Assembly: GCA_023261815.1 (NCBI GenBank)
Contig: JALNKA010000001.1
Location: 30,258-94,257 of the forward strand
Reading direction: 5' to 3'
Length of the DNA stretch: 64,000 nucleotides
Origin: Candidatus Wolframiiraptor sinensis
GTDB lineage: Archaea > Thermoproteota > Nitrososphaeria_A > Caldarchaeales > Wolframiiraptoraceae
Positions 9,337 through 18,970 of this stretch are shown piece after piece (the first letter of the stretch is position 1; each line of letters opens with the position of its first letter). Made by a program: the position numbers and the translations under genes. The notes under the pieces are model-generated. The model had not been told where the DNA came from. It saw only the letters and a list, made by a program, of their open reading frames with translations, and searched no databases.

Positions 9337-9621
9337 TTAGCCGCCTCCAACGGGTGGAAGAATTGCCACCACATCGCCATCCTTGAGCTCCTGGTCTAGC
9401 CTAGCCCTATCACCATTCACGATGACGATGTAGCTCGCCTCCTCGCCCTTCATGAACTGCATCACCTTATCCCTCCAAGCATCGGCGGCATGCGCATGTC
9501 TATCCGGAATATGGTTGAGCAGCAGATCAGTGAGCTTAACCCCCCTTTCAACCTCATACTCCTCCTCGCTAACCCCGAAAAGCTCCCTGATCGAAGCGAA
9601 ATACCTAACCTTAACCCTCAT
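9337..9621 (-). CDS. moaD: MoaD/ThiS-family ubiquitin-like sulfur carrier (SAMP-like), C-terminal Gly-Gly
   Basis: 94 aa. MRVKVRYFASIRELFG... ends ...DGDVVAILPPVGGG. Convergent with moaE. Confidence 0.8.
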   Translation of the reverse strand: MRVKVRYFASIRELFGVSEEEYEVERGVKLTDLLLNHIPDRHAHAADAWRDKVMQFMKGEEASYIVIVNGDRARLDQELKDGDVVAILPPVGGG

Positions 9622-9654
9622 CCGTATTGAAACCTTCAGCTCGAAGTATTAAAT

Positions 9655-10305
9655 TTAACTAGCTGGCGCAAGATCCCCAAGCGTTCTACCGAGCTCCCTC
9701 CAATCCTCGATTAGCTTATCCCTAAGCCCGGGATTCCTGAGGGCTGAGGCGGGATGATACATGGGAACTATGCGAAGGCTCAGCATCAGGCTCGAGACAT
9801 CATAGGCCCTGCCATGAATCTTCTCCATGGGCTCGCACCTCAAGCCGAACTTTCCAAGCAGATAGCATGCCGCAATATTCCCTAAAGCGATTATGAGCTT
9901 AGGCCGAATGACTTCGATCTGTTGATCTAAGTAGGGGGTGCATGCCTTAACATGCTCCTCAGTCGCCCTATTCCCGGGCAGAAAGCACTTAATAACATTC
10001 GTTATGTAAATGCGGTCCCTGCTCAAGCCGGCCTCGGAGAGAAGCTGGTCCAAGAACTTGCCGGCGGCGCCGACGAAGGGTCTTCCCTGAAGATCCTCCT
10101 GCCTCCCAGGGCCCAGTCCAACAATCATCACTTCCGCGTCAGCAGGCCCCTCACCGAACACGATCCTATTCCTAGTCCTCCATAGATCACACTTCCTGCA
10201 TCCTTCAACCTTCTTCCTCAAGTCCTCGAGAATAGCCTCTCTAGACAAGCAACACGCCGTATCTTGACAGGCTGAAGGAGTAAAATATTTTTCCAGCTTC
10301 TCCAT
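9655..10305 (-). CDS. udg: Uracil-DNA glycosylase, family 4 (Fe-S type)
   Basis: CRKCDLWRTRNRIVFGEGPADAEVMIVGLGPGRQEDLQGRPFVGAAGKFL and HPASALR motifs. Confidence 0.9.
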   Translation of the reverse strand: MEKLEKYFTPSACQDTACCLSREAILEDLRKKVEGCRKCDLWRTRNRIVFGEGPADAEVMIVGLGPGRQEDLQGRPFVGAAGKFLDQLLSEAGLSRDRIYITNVIKCFLPGNRATEEHVKACTPYLDQQIEVIRPKLIIALGNIAACYLLGKFGLRCEPMEKIHGRAYDVSSLMLSLRIVPMYHPASALRNPGLRDKLIEDWRELGRTLGDLAPAS

Positions 10306-10312
10306 TTAGTGC

Positions 10313-11008
10313 GTGCCCATGAACAAAAGCACATGGTCTGTTAAGCGGGTTGCAAGAGCGATAGATCACACGATGCTACATGCTTATGCGAGGGAAGATG
10401 ATATTCGGAGACTATGCATGGAGGCTGTCGAATACGGGTTTGCGGCCGTATGCATTAACCCCATCTATGTTCCGCTAGCTTACGAGCTCCTAAGAAACAC
10501 GGATGTCAAGGTATGCGCGGCGATAGGCTTTCCGCTTGGCTCGACGTTTAAGGAGGTTAAGGTGGAGGAGGCGAGGCGGGCTATAGAAAGAGGCGCGGCC
10601 GAGCTGGACATGGTGATAAACTTGCCGATGCTGAAGTCGGGGAAATACGATTACGTGGAGGAAGAGATAAGGGAGGTTAAACGATCTACAGGCGATGGAA
10701 TCCTGAAGGTGATTATAGAATGTTGCTACCTAACTGACGAAGAGAAGGTAATAGCAGCTAAGATCGCGGAGAGAGCCGGGGCAGATTACGTTAAAACCTC
10801 AACGGGATTCGGCCCATCTGGAGCGAAGATAGAAGATGTAAAGCTTCTAAGAAGCGTCTTATCACCCCATGTCAAGATAAAGGCGGCCGGAGGGATAAGG
10901 ACCGGAGAGCAGGTCATCGGCTTCCTAGAGGCTGGAGCGGATAGACTTGGAACGAGTTCCGGCGTGCGGATAATCAAGGAACTGAAGAAAATGTTGCCGG
11001 AAGAGTAG
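10313..11008 (+). CDS. deoC: Deoxyribose-phosphate aldolase
   Basis: AAVCINP, ELDMVIN and the Schiff-base lysine motif ADYVKTSTGF. Confidence 0.9.
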   Translation: MPMNKSTWSVKRVARAIDHTMLHAYAREDDIRRLCMEAVEYGFAAVCINPIYVPLAYELLRNTDVKVCAAIGFPLGSTFKEVKVEEARRAIERGAAELDMVINLPMLKSGKYDYVEEEIREVKRSTGDGILKVIIECCYLTDEEKVIAAKIAERAGADYVKTSTGFGPSGAKIEDVKLLRSVLSPHVKIKAAGGIRTGEQVIGFLEAGADRLGTSSGVRIIKELKKMLPEE

Positions 11009-11057
11009 GAGAGCGAGATGTATTTAAGCGAGGCGAAGTCCGGTATTTTGATCGAGC

Positions 11058-11438
11058 ATGCCCTACCTAGTTACACTAGAATTTGAGAGCGGTGTAAAGG
11101 TGATCTGTGAGCTTATGGAGCACCCTGAGCTGGAAAAGCTTCTCGCGCATTCTCCATTCAGCTCGGAAGTGGAACGATGGGGCGACGAGGTATACTTCGA
11201 GCTACCGGTAAGGCTTGAATTTGACGGCGAGAGAATGCTCATGGAGGTAGGGGAGGTTGCATATTGGCCCGAAGGAAACTCCATCTGCATATTCTTTGGG
11301 CCAACCCCGGTAAGCAGGGATGAGAAGCCCGTCGCCTACAGCAAGGTAAAGCCTCTGGGCAGAGTCATCAAGGGAATGGAACATCTCAGAAAAGTGAAGA
11401 ACGGTGAGTATGTTGAGGTCAGGATAGAGAAAAAGTAA
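11058..11438 (+). CDS. Cyclophilin-like superfamily protein (TM1367-like)
   Basis: 126 aa. ...WGDEVYFELPV...VGEVAYWPEGNSICIFFGPTP... resembles the TM1367/PF04126-type cyclophilin-like fold family. Confidence 0.7.
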   Translation: MPYLVTLEFESGVKVICELMEHPELEKLLAHSPFSSEVERWGDEVYFELPVRLEFDGERMLMEVGEVAYWPEGNSICIFFGPTPVSRDEKPVAYSKVKPLGRVIKGMEHLRKVKNGEYVEVRIEKK

Positions 11439-11554
11439 ATGATCATTCACACGTGCTTGGAACACTTTATAGCATCAAATCATGTTGTGAAATCTCCGCA
11501 AAGATAACCGTTGAAATAACATTTTTAAATAGGTGCTCAATTGAGGGGAGCAGG

Positions 11555-12588
11555 GTGAATCGGGACTGAAAAAGGTTAGAGTTTGTATTGCTGGAGCGGG
11601 AAGAACTGGTCAAGTGCATGGAACCAATTTGGCCTTCAGAATTCCTATGGCAGAGGTCGTGGCCGTAGTCGATTCGAATGTGGAGGCCGCGAGAAATCTC
11701 GCAAGCCTTCTAGGCGGCGCAGGCTACTATGAAAGTCTCACCGAGGCTATAAGGAAGGTGGATTTTGATGCCGTTTTCATAACTACTCCGACCTTCACGC
11801 ATCATCCCCTAACAGTTGAGGCCGCTGAGGCGGGGAAACATGTTTTCTGCGAAAAGCCCATGGCCCTAACATTAAGAGAGGCCGATGACATGATCTCGGT
11901 CGCCAGAAGAAATAACGTGAAGCTTCAAATAGGCTTCATGAGAAGATTTGACCCGGAATTCAGGAAAGCCAAATCATTAATAGATGAGGGGGCGATAGGC
12001 AAGCCCGTTTTGGTAAAGTCTGTCGGAAGAGGCCCTGGGCTGCCGCCGAGGTGGGCACTCGATCCAAAAACTGGTTTGGGCATGGTTGCGGAAGTCAATA
12101 GCCATGATTTCGACACGTTGAGGTGGTTCATGAACGATGAGTTCAAGACAATCTACGCTGATGCTGCAGCGCTATTAAGGCCCGATGTGGCGGAAGAGTT
12201 TCCTGGATTCCATGATGTCGTCGTGGTCGCGGTTAGATTCCAGAAAGGTGGTCTTGGGTTGATCGACGGCGGTTGCCCAGTCAATTATGCTTATGATGCC
12301 AGGGTCGAAGTACTTGGAACAGAAGGCTTACTCACGGTAGGAGAAATTCAGGGAACAAGCTTGATTATCTGCCATAAAGATCAGAAGATGACGACCGAGC
12401 CATTTCATAGCTGGAGGGATAGATTTAGAGAAGCCTACATCGCTGAGGCTGAAAGCTTCATAAGATCGATAATAGAGGATCGAGAACCTGAGGTTACCGG
12501 AGAAGATGGAAGAAAAGCCTTAGAAGCAACGCTCGCCGCAATAAGATCCATAAAAGAGCATGAACCGGTAAACCTACCCGTAAAATGA
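11555..12588 (+). pseudogene. Gfo/Idh/MocA-family NAD(P)-dependent sugar-type oxidoreductase, N-terminus apparently frameshifted
   Basis: ORF track starts at GTG 11614. The Rossmann motif KVRVCIAGAGRTGQVHG is encoded in-frame upstream (11572-11613) with no in-frame ATG/GTG/TTG. GTG 11555 (24 nt after TATA TTTTTAAATA 11523-11532) is +1 out of frame and hits TGA 11567-11569. Confidence 0.55.
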
Positions 12589-12733
12589 GATCTCCGATCT
12601 CTCGGCAAGCTTCATCTATCACATGATCAAGATCAACTCTTCAATTTTTAGGATTATTTCTAGTAAAAACCTGCTTAAGTTAAGCAGTTGCGATGAAAGT
12701 CATAAAGCAAAGATTTAAGTTATTCCATCTCGC

Positions 12734-13507
12734 ATGTTGGGAAATATGAGGCTGAAGGATAAAGTTGCCATAGTGACTGGCGGAGCGAGCGGCATAGGTT
12801 TCGCGATAGCCGCGAAGTTTGCTAGCGAAGGGGCCAAGGTAGTGATAATAGATATTACTGGTGACAAGGCAGAAGAAGCGGCTGAAAGGATTCGGAAAAG
12901 CGGGGGAGAGGCTATAGCATTTCAGGGAGATGTATCCTCACGAGGAAGGGTCGAGGAAATAATCTCCGAGGTTCTCAGGAGATATGGGAAAATAGATATC
13001 TTAGTGAATAATGTGGGAATCTACCGTGGAAAATCTTTTTGGGAGGAGCCATTAGAGTTTTGGGAGCTCCTCTTCAAGGTCAATGTTCTCGGCATCGTGA
13101 TTCCATCACAAGTAGTTGTAAAACATATGATGGAGAGGAGAAGCGGCGTTATAATAAACATCTCATCCAAGGCGGCTGTAGTGGGTGAGCCTGGTCACGC
13201 AGCCTATAGTGCCTCTAAAGGTGCTGTTCTATCCCTTACAAGGGCGATGGCCGTTGAGCTGGCACCATACAACATTAGGGTGAACGCGATATGCCCCGGG
13301 CCGACAGAGACACCGCTCCTATTCGCCGTAACAGATGAGGATGAGCGTAAGAGGATGGCATCAAGATGTATTCTTGGAAGGCTTGCAAAGCCCGAGGACA
13401 TAGCCGGCGCGGCCCTTTACCTAGCAAGCGATGAAGCAAGCTACGTCACTGGACAGGCATTGATCGTTGACGGAGGAATGACTATAACCGCTGTCGAGAG
13501 ATTCTGA
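12734..13507 (+). CDS. Short-chain dehydrogenase/reductase (FabG/glucose-1-dehydrogenase-like)
   Basis: TGGASGIG cofactor motif, NNVG, catalytic YSASK. Confidence 0.85.
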   Translation: MLGNMRLKDKVAIVTGGASGIGFAIAAKFASEGAKVVIIDITGDKAEEAAERIRKSGGEAIAFQGDVSSRGRVEEIISEVLRRYGKIDILVNNVGIYRGKSFWEEPLEFWELLFKVNVLGIVIPSQVVVKHMMERRSGVIINISSKAAVVGEPGHAAYSASKGAVLSLTRAMAVELAPYNIRVNAICPGPTETPLLFAVTDEDERKRMASRCILGRLAKPEDIAGAALYLASDEASYVTGQALIVDGGMTITAVERF

Positions 13508-13614
13508 AAACCTTGCAACGCCTTAGTAGTGGTTCTCCCCTAAATTTTTCTCTGATGCTGGGAATTTCAGCGAACTAGTAGAGTAGCTTGTGCTGAGCGG
13601 TCTAGATTAAGGCT

Positions 13615-14637
13615 TTACATTATCTCGATCTTCTTGGCAATTGCTTCCGTCATCTCCATCGTGGAGGCGCTTCCTCCCAGATCATAGGTTACATGCCTGC
13701 CCTCGGCCACGACCTCCTCGACAGCTCTGAATATCGCATTCATCTTATCTTTCTCTCCGAGATATCCTATCATCCACGCGTATGAGAGTATGGTGGCGGT
13801 CGGGTTTACCTTGTTCATTCCCTTGTATTTCGGCGCGCTGCCATGCGCTGGCTCGAACATGGCGTAGTCGTCGCCCATGTTTGCGGAGTAAACCATTCCT
13901 ATGCTCGCGACGAGCGCCGCTGCTGCCTCGCTTATTATGTCCATGAAGAGATTTGTCCCGAGGATCACCGTCTGATTGAATCTTTCATGGTTCTTGATCA
14001 GCTGTTGAGCCATGTTATCGATGAAGTACTCTTCCCAGCTTATTTCCGGATAATTTTTTGCGACCTCTTGAATGGCCTCAATAAAGAGTCCATCGGTCTC
14101 CTTCAAGATGTTTCTCTTCGTAACTACAACAACCTTCTTCCAGCCATTCTCTCTCGCTATCTCAAATGCTTTTCTGGCGACTCTCGTAGACTGCCTCCTG
14201 CTTATCTTTCTGATTGCTATGGCCGTGTCCGGCGTCAGCCTCACATCGATCCCGCTGTAAAGGCCCTCGGTCGCCTCTCGGACGCATATCAGGTCGACTG
14301 GGCCGAGCCTGCCCCTGATCCCGCCGATCGTCTTGATGGGCCTGATGTTGGCGTATAAGTCGAATCTCTGCCTTATGCTTACCGCCACGCTCCTCAAATG
14401 CTTTATCTCTGGAGGGGTCGTGGTCGGGCACTTAAGAACAGCGTTAGTTTGCTCGAGGATCTCCCAGGTTTCCTTCGGGATCATCGAGTCCCCCCCATGC
14501 TTTAACCACCACTCGTAACCGGCCTCCACGGGTATAATCTCGATCTTGCTGCCGACGGCTTCATGAATTCTCATGACTGCATCGGCCAGCTCAGGTCCAA
14601 CGCCATCTCCGCGGATCAGGGCTGCCCTCTTGACCAT
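13615..14637 (-). CDS. Isocitrate/isopropylmalate dehydrogenase-family enzyme (homoisocitrate dehydrogenase-like)
   Basis: 340 aa. ALIRGDGVGPE, FDLYANIRP, VREATEGLYSG and NLFMDIISEAAAALVASIGMVYSANMG family motifs. Second paralog in the window besides leuB. Confidence 0.8.
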   Translation of the reverse strand: MVKRAALIRGDGVGPELADAVMRIHEAVGSKIEIIPVEAGYEWWLKHGGDSMIPKETWEILEQTNAVLKCPTTTPPEIKHLRSVAVSIRQRFDLYANIRPIKTIGGIRGRLGPVDLICVREATEGLYSGIDVRLTPDTAIAIRKISRRQSTRVARKAFEIARENGWKKVVVVTKRNILKETDGLFIEAIQEVAKNYPEISWEEYFIDNMAQQLIKNHERFNQTVILGTNLFMDIISEAAAALVASIGMVYSANMGDDYAMFEPAHGSAPKYKGMNKVNPTATILSYAWMIGYLGEKDKMNAIFRAVEEVVAEGRHVTYDLGGSASTMEMTEAIAKKIEIM

Positions 14638-14687
14638 AAGCGATCACCGAATCGGGCTTATGCGCCCAATTTTAACCTTAATCCTCA

Positions 14688-16082
14688 TTATACCTCGAAT
14701 CCTGCCCTCTTCGCGAATAGCTTAAACTCCTGCTCTCCTATCGGGTATCTCCTCTCCCGCATTGAGAACTCGTTGGTTATCATCTCGACTAGGTTCATGA
14801 GCCTGGGATCATCTTCATCCACCTTTACTCCTAGGATTTCCTCGAGCTTGAGCTTTATTCCATGCTTCCCGGATCTTCTCCCGATGACTATGGATCTTCT
14901 CTGACCCACCAGCTCCGGCGGGAACGGCTCATATGTCAGGGGCAACTTCGAGATTCCATGGAGGTGTATGCCGGATTCATGGGCGAATACTCCGTCTCCG
15001 ACTATAGCCTTGTTTATCGGGAGATGATATCCGAGCGACGAGGCTATGTAGATTGCGAGCTCCCTGAGGGGCTTTAGATTCCATTTTCTTACGTCATAGT
15101 GCATGTAACAGTTCATTATCACCTTCTCGGTCTCGGCGTTTCCAGCCCTATCCCCCAGCCCAAGGAAGGTCGTGCTGACATACACCTTATCGTAGAGCCC
15201 ATCAGCCGCTCTGATCGTCGCCATGGTATTCTCAACAGCATTCCCAAGATCATCATGCGCGTGTATCTCGATGTATGGTATCTTCGTCTCCGCTCTAATC
15301 CTCCTAACCTTCTCAGGTATACCTTTCGGCAGGGGCGCCCGCGGATCCGAGAGCCCACATCCGATGGTATCGCAGATCCTATAAACCTCGGCGCCAGCCT
15401 CTGCCACAGCATTTATGAAGATTTTCTCGAACCTCCAGTCAGCCCTAGTGCTATCCTCGCCGTGGACGAAAACCCTAAGGCCGTGCTCCCTCGCGTAGGC
15501 GACGGCGTCAACAACCCTGTTCACCAGATCCTCCAGCGAGAGGTTGGGCCACTTGCTGAAGTGTATGTAGGAGACCGGATGCGAGATTCCTACCTGCTGG
15601 AGATCGAGCTCTAATGCCACGTCTATATCGGCTTTATTCGCCCTGCACCATCCCGCGAGGAGGGGGGTGAGCCCCTCATCCTTCATGAGCTTGATCGCCT
15701 CCCTATCTGTCTTGGTGTACATCATCACCTCAAGCCTCTCTATCCCGATCTCCCTCAGCATCATCGCTATCCTCAGATACTCCTCGGGCCTCGGGTTCAA
15801 TAGGCTGGCCATCTGAAAGCCCTCCCTCAGCGTTGTATCATCCACGATCACGTCCACTTTCAGCGGCAGGGGCTCATAAACGAACCTCTTAAGCTCCTCC
15901 CACTTATCTGGGTCAAACGCATTGACCATCGAGAGAGACATTATCTTCTCCAAGATCCTCCTTCTCTCCTCGTCGAGGGCTTTTAGCTCCTCTCTCCACA
16001 TGTTCCAGCTGGAATACGCGGGCATCCTAATTAATGTTTTAACGAAAACCGCAAAAAGCCGAGCACTTTCGCGAGGCGCCAT
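14688..16082 (-). CDS. Divergent HMGL-like 2-oxoacid:acetyl-CoA condensing enzyme (homocitrate/isopropylmalate synthase family), no LeuA regulatory domain
   Basis: DDTTLREGFQ (in place of DTTLRDGEQ), HAHDDLGNAVEN, FAHESGIH. About 95-aa N-terminal extension. True start possibly the internal MPAYSS. Confidence 0.7.
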   Translation of the reverse strand: MAPRESARLFAVFVKTLIRMPAYSSWNMWREELKALDEERRRILEKIMSLSMVNAFDPDKWEELKRFVYEPLPLKVDVIVDDTTLREGFQMASLLNPRPEEYLRIAMMLREIGIERLEVMMYTKTDREAIKLMKDEGLTPLLAGWCRANKADIDVALELDLQQVGISHPVSYIHFSKWPNLSLEDLVNRVVDAVAYAREHGLRVFVHGEDSTRADWRFEKIFINAVAEAGAEVYRICDTIGCGLSDPRAPLPKGIPEKVRRIRAETKIPYIEIHAHDDLGNAVENTMATIRAADGLYDKVYVSTTFLGLGDRAGNAETEKVIMNCYMHYDVRKWNLKPLRELAIYIASSLGYHLPINKAIVGDGVFAHESGIHLHGISKLPLTYEPFPPELVGQRRSIVIGRRSGKHGIKLKLEEILGVKVDEDDPRLMNLVEMITNEFSMRERRYPIGEQEFKLFAKRAGFEV

Positions 16083-16091
16083 AAGGGGGAT

Positions 16092-18860
16092 TTAGGCCGC
16101 CTTATTGAGATCGCCGTGAGCGAGTTGAACGCTACCAGCCCATCGAACCCTCCTAGGCACTATGAATACCTTTACCGCCTCGCGTATGATAAATGTCGAG
16201 ATGCAGATGAGTAATATCATCGCGATATCTTGCGGCGTTGGAAGGACTATTTGAAGGGCCTCGCGCGTGGCGGGAATAAGCATTAGAACAGTTATCAGCA
16301 ATGTTTCCCAGAGCACCGCGAGCACTAGCAGTTTATGGGGAGGAGCCTTGAGCGTCGTGAACCTAAGCGATCTACAGTTCACAGCGACGAAGAGCTCCAA
16401 GAAAACAAACGTCAAGAAAACAATGCTCATGGCCCTCACGTGACCCGCGACCAAATACTCGAAGAAGTAGATCGCGAGGAGTATTGGCGTATTTATAAGT
16501 GGTATCATTATCAGAAACGGCATGACTTCCCCGCTAAAGATTGATTCTTTCGGATCTCTTGGAGGCCTCCTCATCACATCCGGATCCGGCGGAGCTAACC
16601 CTAGTGCGAGCGCCGGCAGCCCATCCGTCGCCAGATTTATATACAGTATGTGAACCGGGAGAAGCGGTAACAAGAGTTCCCCAAACATGTACGTGCCCAC
16701 TATAGCTGCGATCGTAAGCATAGCTATCTCGACTATATTACTCTCTAGAAGATAGACGAGGTATTTTTTGACATTATCATATATCCATCTACCCATCTCT
16801 ATCGCCTTTATTATTGTGGCGAAGTTGTCATCGAGCAGAATCATGTCGGAGGCTTCCTTGGTCACCTCCGTCCCCGTTATGCCCATGGCGATGCCTATGT
16901 CGGCCTGCTTCACCGCCGGCGCATCGTTCACGCCATCACCCGTCATCGCGACTATCTCTCCCCTCCTCTTCCAAGCCCTGACTATCTTGAGCTTATGCAT
17001 CGGAGAGACCCTAGCATAGACCGTGACCCTGTCAACGATCTTATCGAGCTCCTCCTCGCTCATCTTCTCGAGCTCCTCGCCGGTCAAGACCAGGTCTCCA
17101 TCCTCATAGATCCCCATCTCGCGGGCTATCGCGATTGCCGTGAGCTTGTGATCGCCCGTAATCATCACGGGCTTTATCCCGACTTTCTTGCAGATCTTCA
17201 CGGCTTCTATCGCCTCCTCCCTCGGCGGATCGATCATCCCCATGATCCCGAGGAAAACCATATCCCGCTCCACATCATCGGGCGAGCTCGAGACCGATCC
17301 ATCGAGACGCTTATAGGCGAAGGCCAGATTCCTCAGGGCACTCGAGGCAAGCTCCTCATTGATCCTCAGAATCCTCCTTTTCATCTCATCATCGAGATCT
17401 CTTACTTCATCACCCATTTGAACATGCTTGCATCTTTCGAGAACGATCTCGACTGCGCCCTTCATGAATGCGACCCGCCCCAGATCCCCCAGCTCGTGAA
17501 TGGTCGTCATCCTCTTGCGCTCCGAGCTGAATGGAATCTCATCCATCTTGGGATACTTGGATCGGATCTCATCGTACTTGAAGCCGGCTTTCTCGGCCAC
17601 GACGAGTAGAGCCGCCTCCGTTGGATCGCCCTCCACGCTCCACCCGCCTTCACCTTTAACAAGCCTGGCATCATTGCATAGAATCGCGCCGAGCACGAGG
17701 AGCTCGAAAGCCCTGCTCCTTGGATCGCCCACAATCTCCCCCTTCGGCTCATAGCCAGCTCCAGTCACATCGTAGATCGCGTCATCGACGTAGATCTTCT
17801 TGACGGTCATCTCGCCCTTCGTGAGCGTCCCAGTTTTATCGGAGCAGATCACGGTTACGCAGCCGAGGGTCTCGACCGCCGGCATTCTTCGAACTAGCGC
17901 ATTCCTCTTCGCCATCTCCCTCATTCCTATCGCCAGGGTTCCGGTTACTATCGCGGGCAGGGCCTCCGGGATCACAGCAACGGCCAGCGCGATCGAGAAT
18001 AGCATCACCTCGATTATGGTTCCAGGGGATATCTGGCCAGCAACCAGTAGGTCTTCGAGGAGAAGGGCTAAGGCGATCGCGACGCAGATCGCTATCACGA
18101 GCTTGCCCAGTACGCTCCCCAGCTCCCTCATTCTCCTCTCAAGCGGTGTTTCGGATGCTTCGATGACGGCGACCTCGCCCGCGATCTTGCCGAGCTCGGT
18201 CCTCATGCCCGTGGCGACCACGATAGCCTTGCCCTTCCCATAGGTTACGGTGGTTCCAGCGTAGAGCATGTTAACTCGATCTGGTAGTGATGCATCTCTC
18301 GGGACGGGCTCGACGCGCTTGGAAACGGGGGTTGATTCGCCGGTGAGGGGGGCCTCATCGACCTGCAAATCATGGCACTCAACGATCCTACAGTCTGCGA
18401 CGATTCTATCTCCCGCTGAGATGACCAGCAGATCTCCCGGAACAACCTCCCTCGCGGGAATGGTCTTCTCCACGCCGTCCCTGATGACCCTGGCCATGGG
18501 TATCAGCATTTTCCTGAGCGCTTCTATCGCTCTTTCAGCCCTATACTCTTGGATGAAGCCGAGGGTCGAGGCTGCGATCACTATCGCGAATATCAATATA
18601 CTATCAACAGGAAACTCCCCTTCAATCACGGAGATCACGTAGGAGATCGCGGTCGCGGCGATGAGTATCAAGATGAGGGGGCTCTTAAATTGCTTCAACC
18701 AGATGGATAAAGCAGAGACGCGTTTCTCGACTGTCAGCTCGTTATAACCATAGATCTCGAGCCTCCTTCGAGCCTCCTCCTCGCTCAGGCCATTAGGCCC
18801 CGTCGCAAGCCTCCTGTAAACCTCCTCCGCTGGAAGCACGTGAAAATCATTAAACTCCAA
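16092..18860 (-). CDS. Cation-transporting P-type ATPase (type II, Ca2+/Mg2+-ATPase-like)
   Basis: 922 aa. TGES, phosphorylation site CSDKTGTLT, TGDGVNDAPA, TM4 IPEALP, 10 predicted TM segments. Confidence 0.9.
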   Translation of the reverse strand: MEFNDFHVLPAEEVYRRLATGPNGLSEEEARRRLEIYGYNELTVEKRVSALSIWLKQFKSPLILILIAATAISYVISVIEGEFPVDSILIFAIVIAASTLGFIQEYRAERAIEALRKMLIPMARVIRDGVEKTIPAREVVPGDLLVISAGDRIVADCRIVECHDLQVDEAPLTGESTPVSKRVEPVPRDASLPDRVNMLYAGTTVTYGKGKAIVVATGMRTELGKIAGEVAVIEASETPLERRMRELGSVLGKLVIAICVAIALALLLEDLLVAGQISPGTIIEVMLFSIALAVAVIPEALPAIVTGTLAIGMREMAKRNALVRRMPAVETLGCVTVICSDKTGTLTKGEMTVKKIYVDDAIYDVTGAGYEPKGEIVGDPRSRAFELLVLGAILCNDARLVKGEGGWSVEGDPTEAALLVVAEKAGFKYDEIRSKYPKMDEIPFSSERKRMTTIHELGDLGRVAFMKGAVEIVLERCKHVQMGDEVRDLDDEMKRRILRINEELASSALRNLAFAYKRLDGSVSSSPDDVERDMVFLGIMGMIDPPREEAIEAVKICKKVGIKPVMITGDHKLTAIAIAREMGIYEDGDLVLTGEELEKMSEEELDKIVDRVTVYARVSPMHKLKIVRAWKRRGEIVAMTGDGVNDAPAVKQADIGIAMGITGTEVTKEASDMILLDDNFATIIKAIEMGRWIYDNVKKYLVYLLESNIVEIAMLTIAAIVGTYMFGELLLPLLPVHILYINLATDGLPALALGLAPPDPDVMRRPPRDPKESIFSGEVMPFLIMIPLINTPILLAIYFFEYLVAGHVRAMSIVFLTFVFLELFVAVNCRSLRFTTLKAPPHKLLVLAVLWETLLITVLMLIPATREALQIVLPTPQDIAMILLICISTFIIREAVKVFIVPRRVRWAGSVQLAHGDLNKAA

Positions 18861-18970
18861 GATGCCCTCATCTCGGATGAGCCAGCAACCTTAAAACCTT
18901 AAACTTAGGAGCAGAAAAATCAGAAAAATAATGGATAAGAGGACATGCGGGTTTAAAGATGAAAGGCTTG

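Noticed and set aside
9337-9621. MoaD-like protein ending in GGG, considered as part of a ubiquitin-like (SAMP/Urm1) conjugation system.
   Set aside because: It sits next to moaE, which is the ordinary molybdopterin synthase pairing. No E1-like (UbaA/MoeB) or JAMM protease gene is nearby, so nothing beyond a standard sulfur-carrier role can be supported here.
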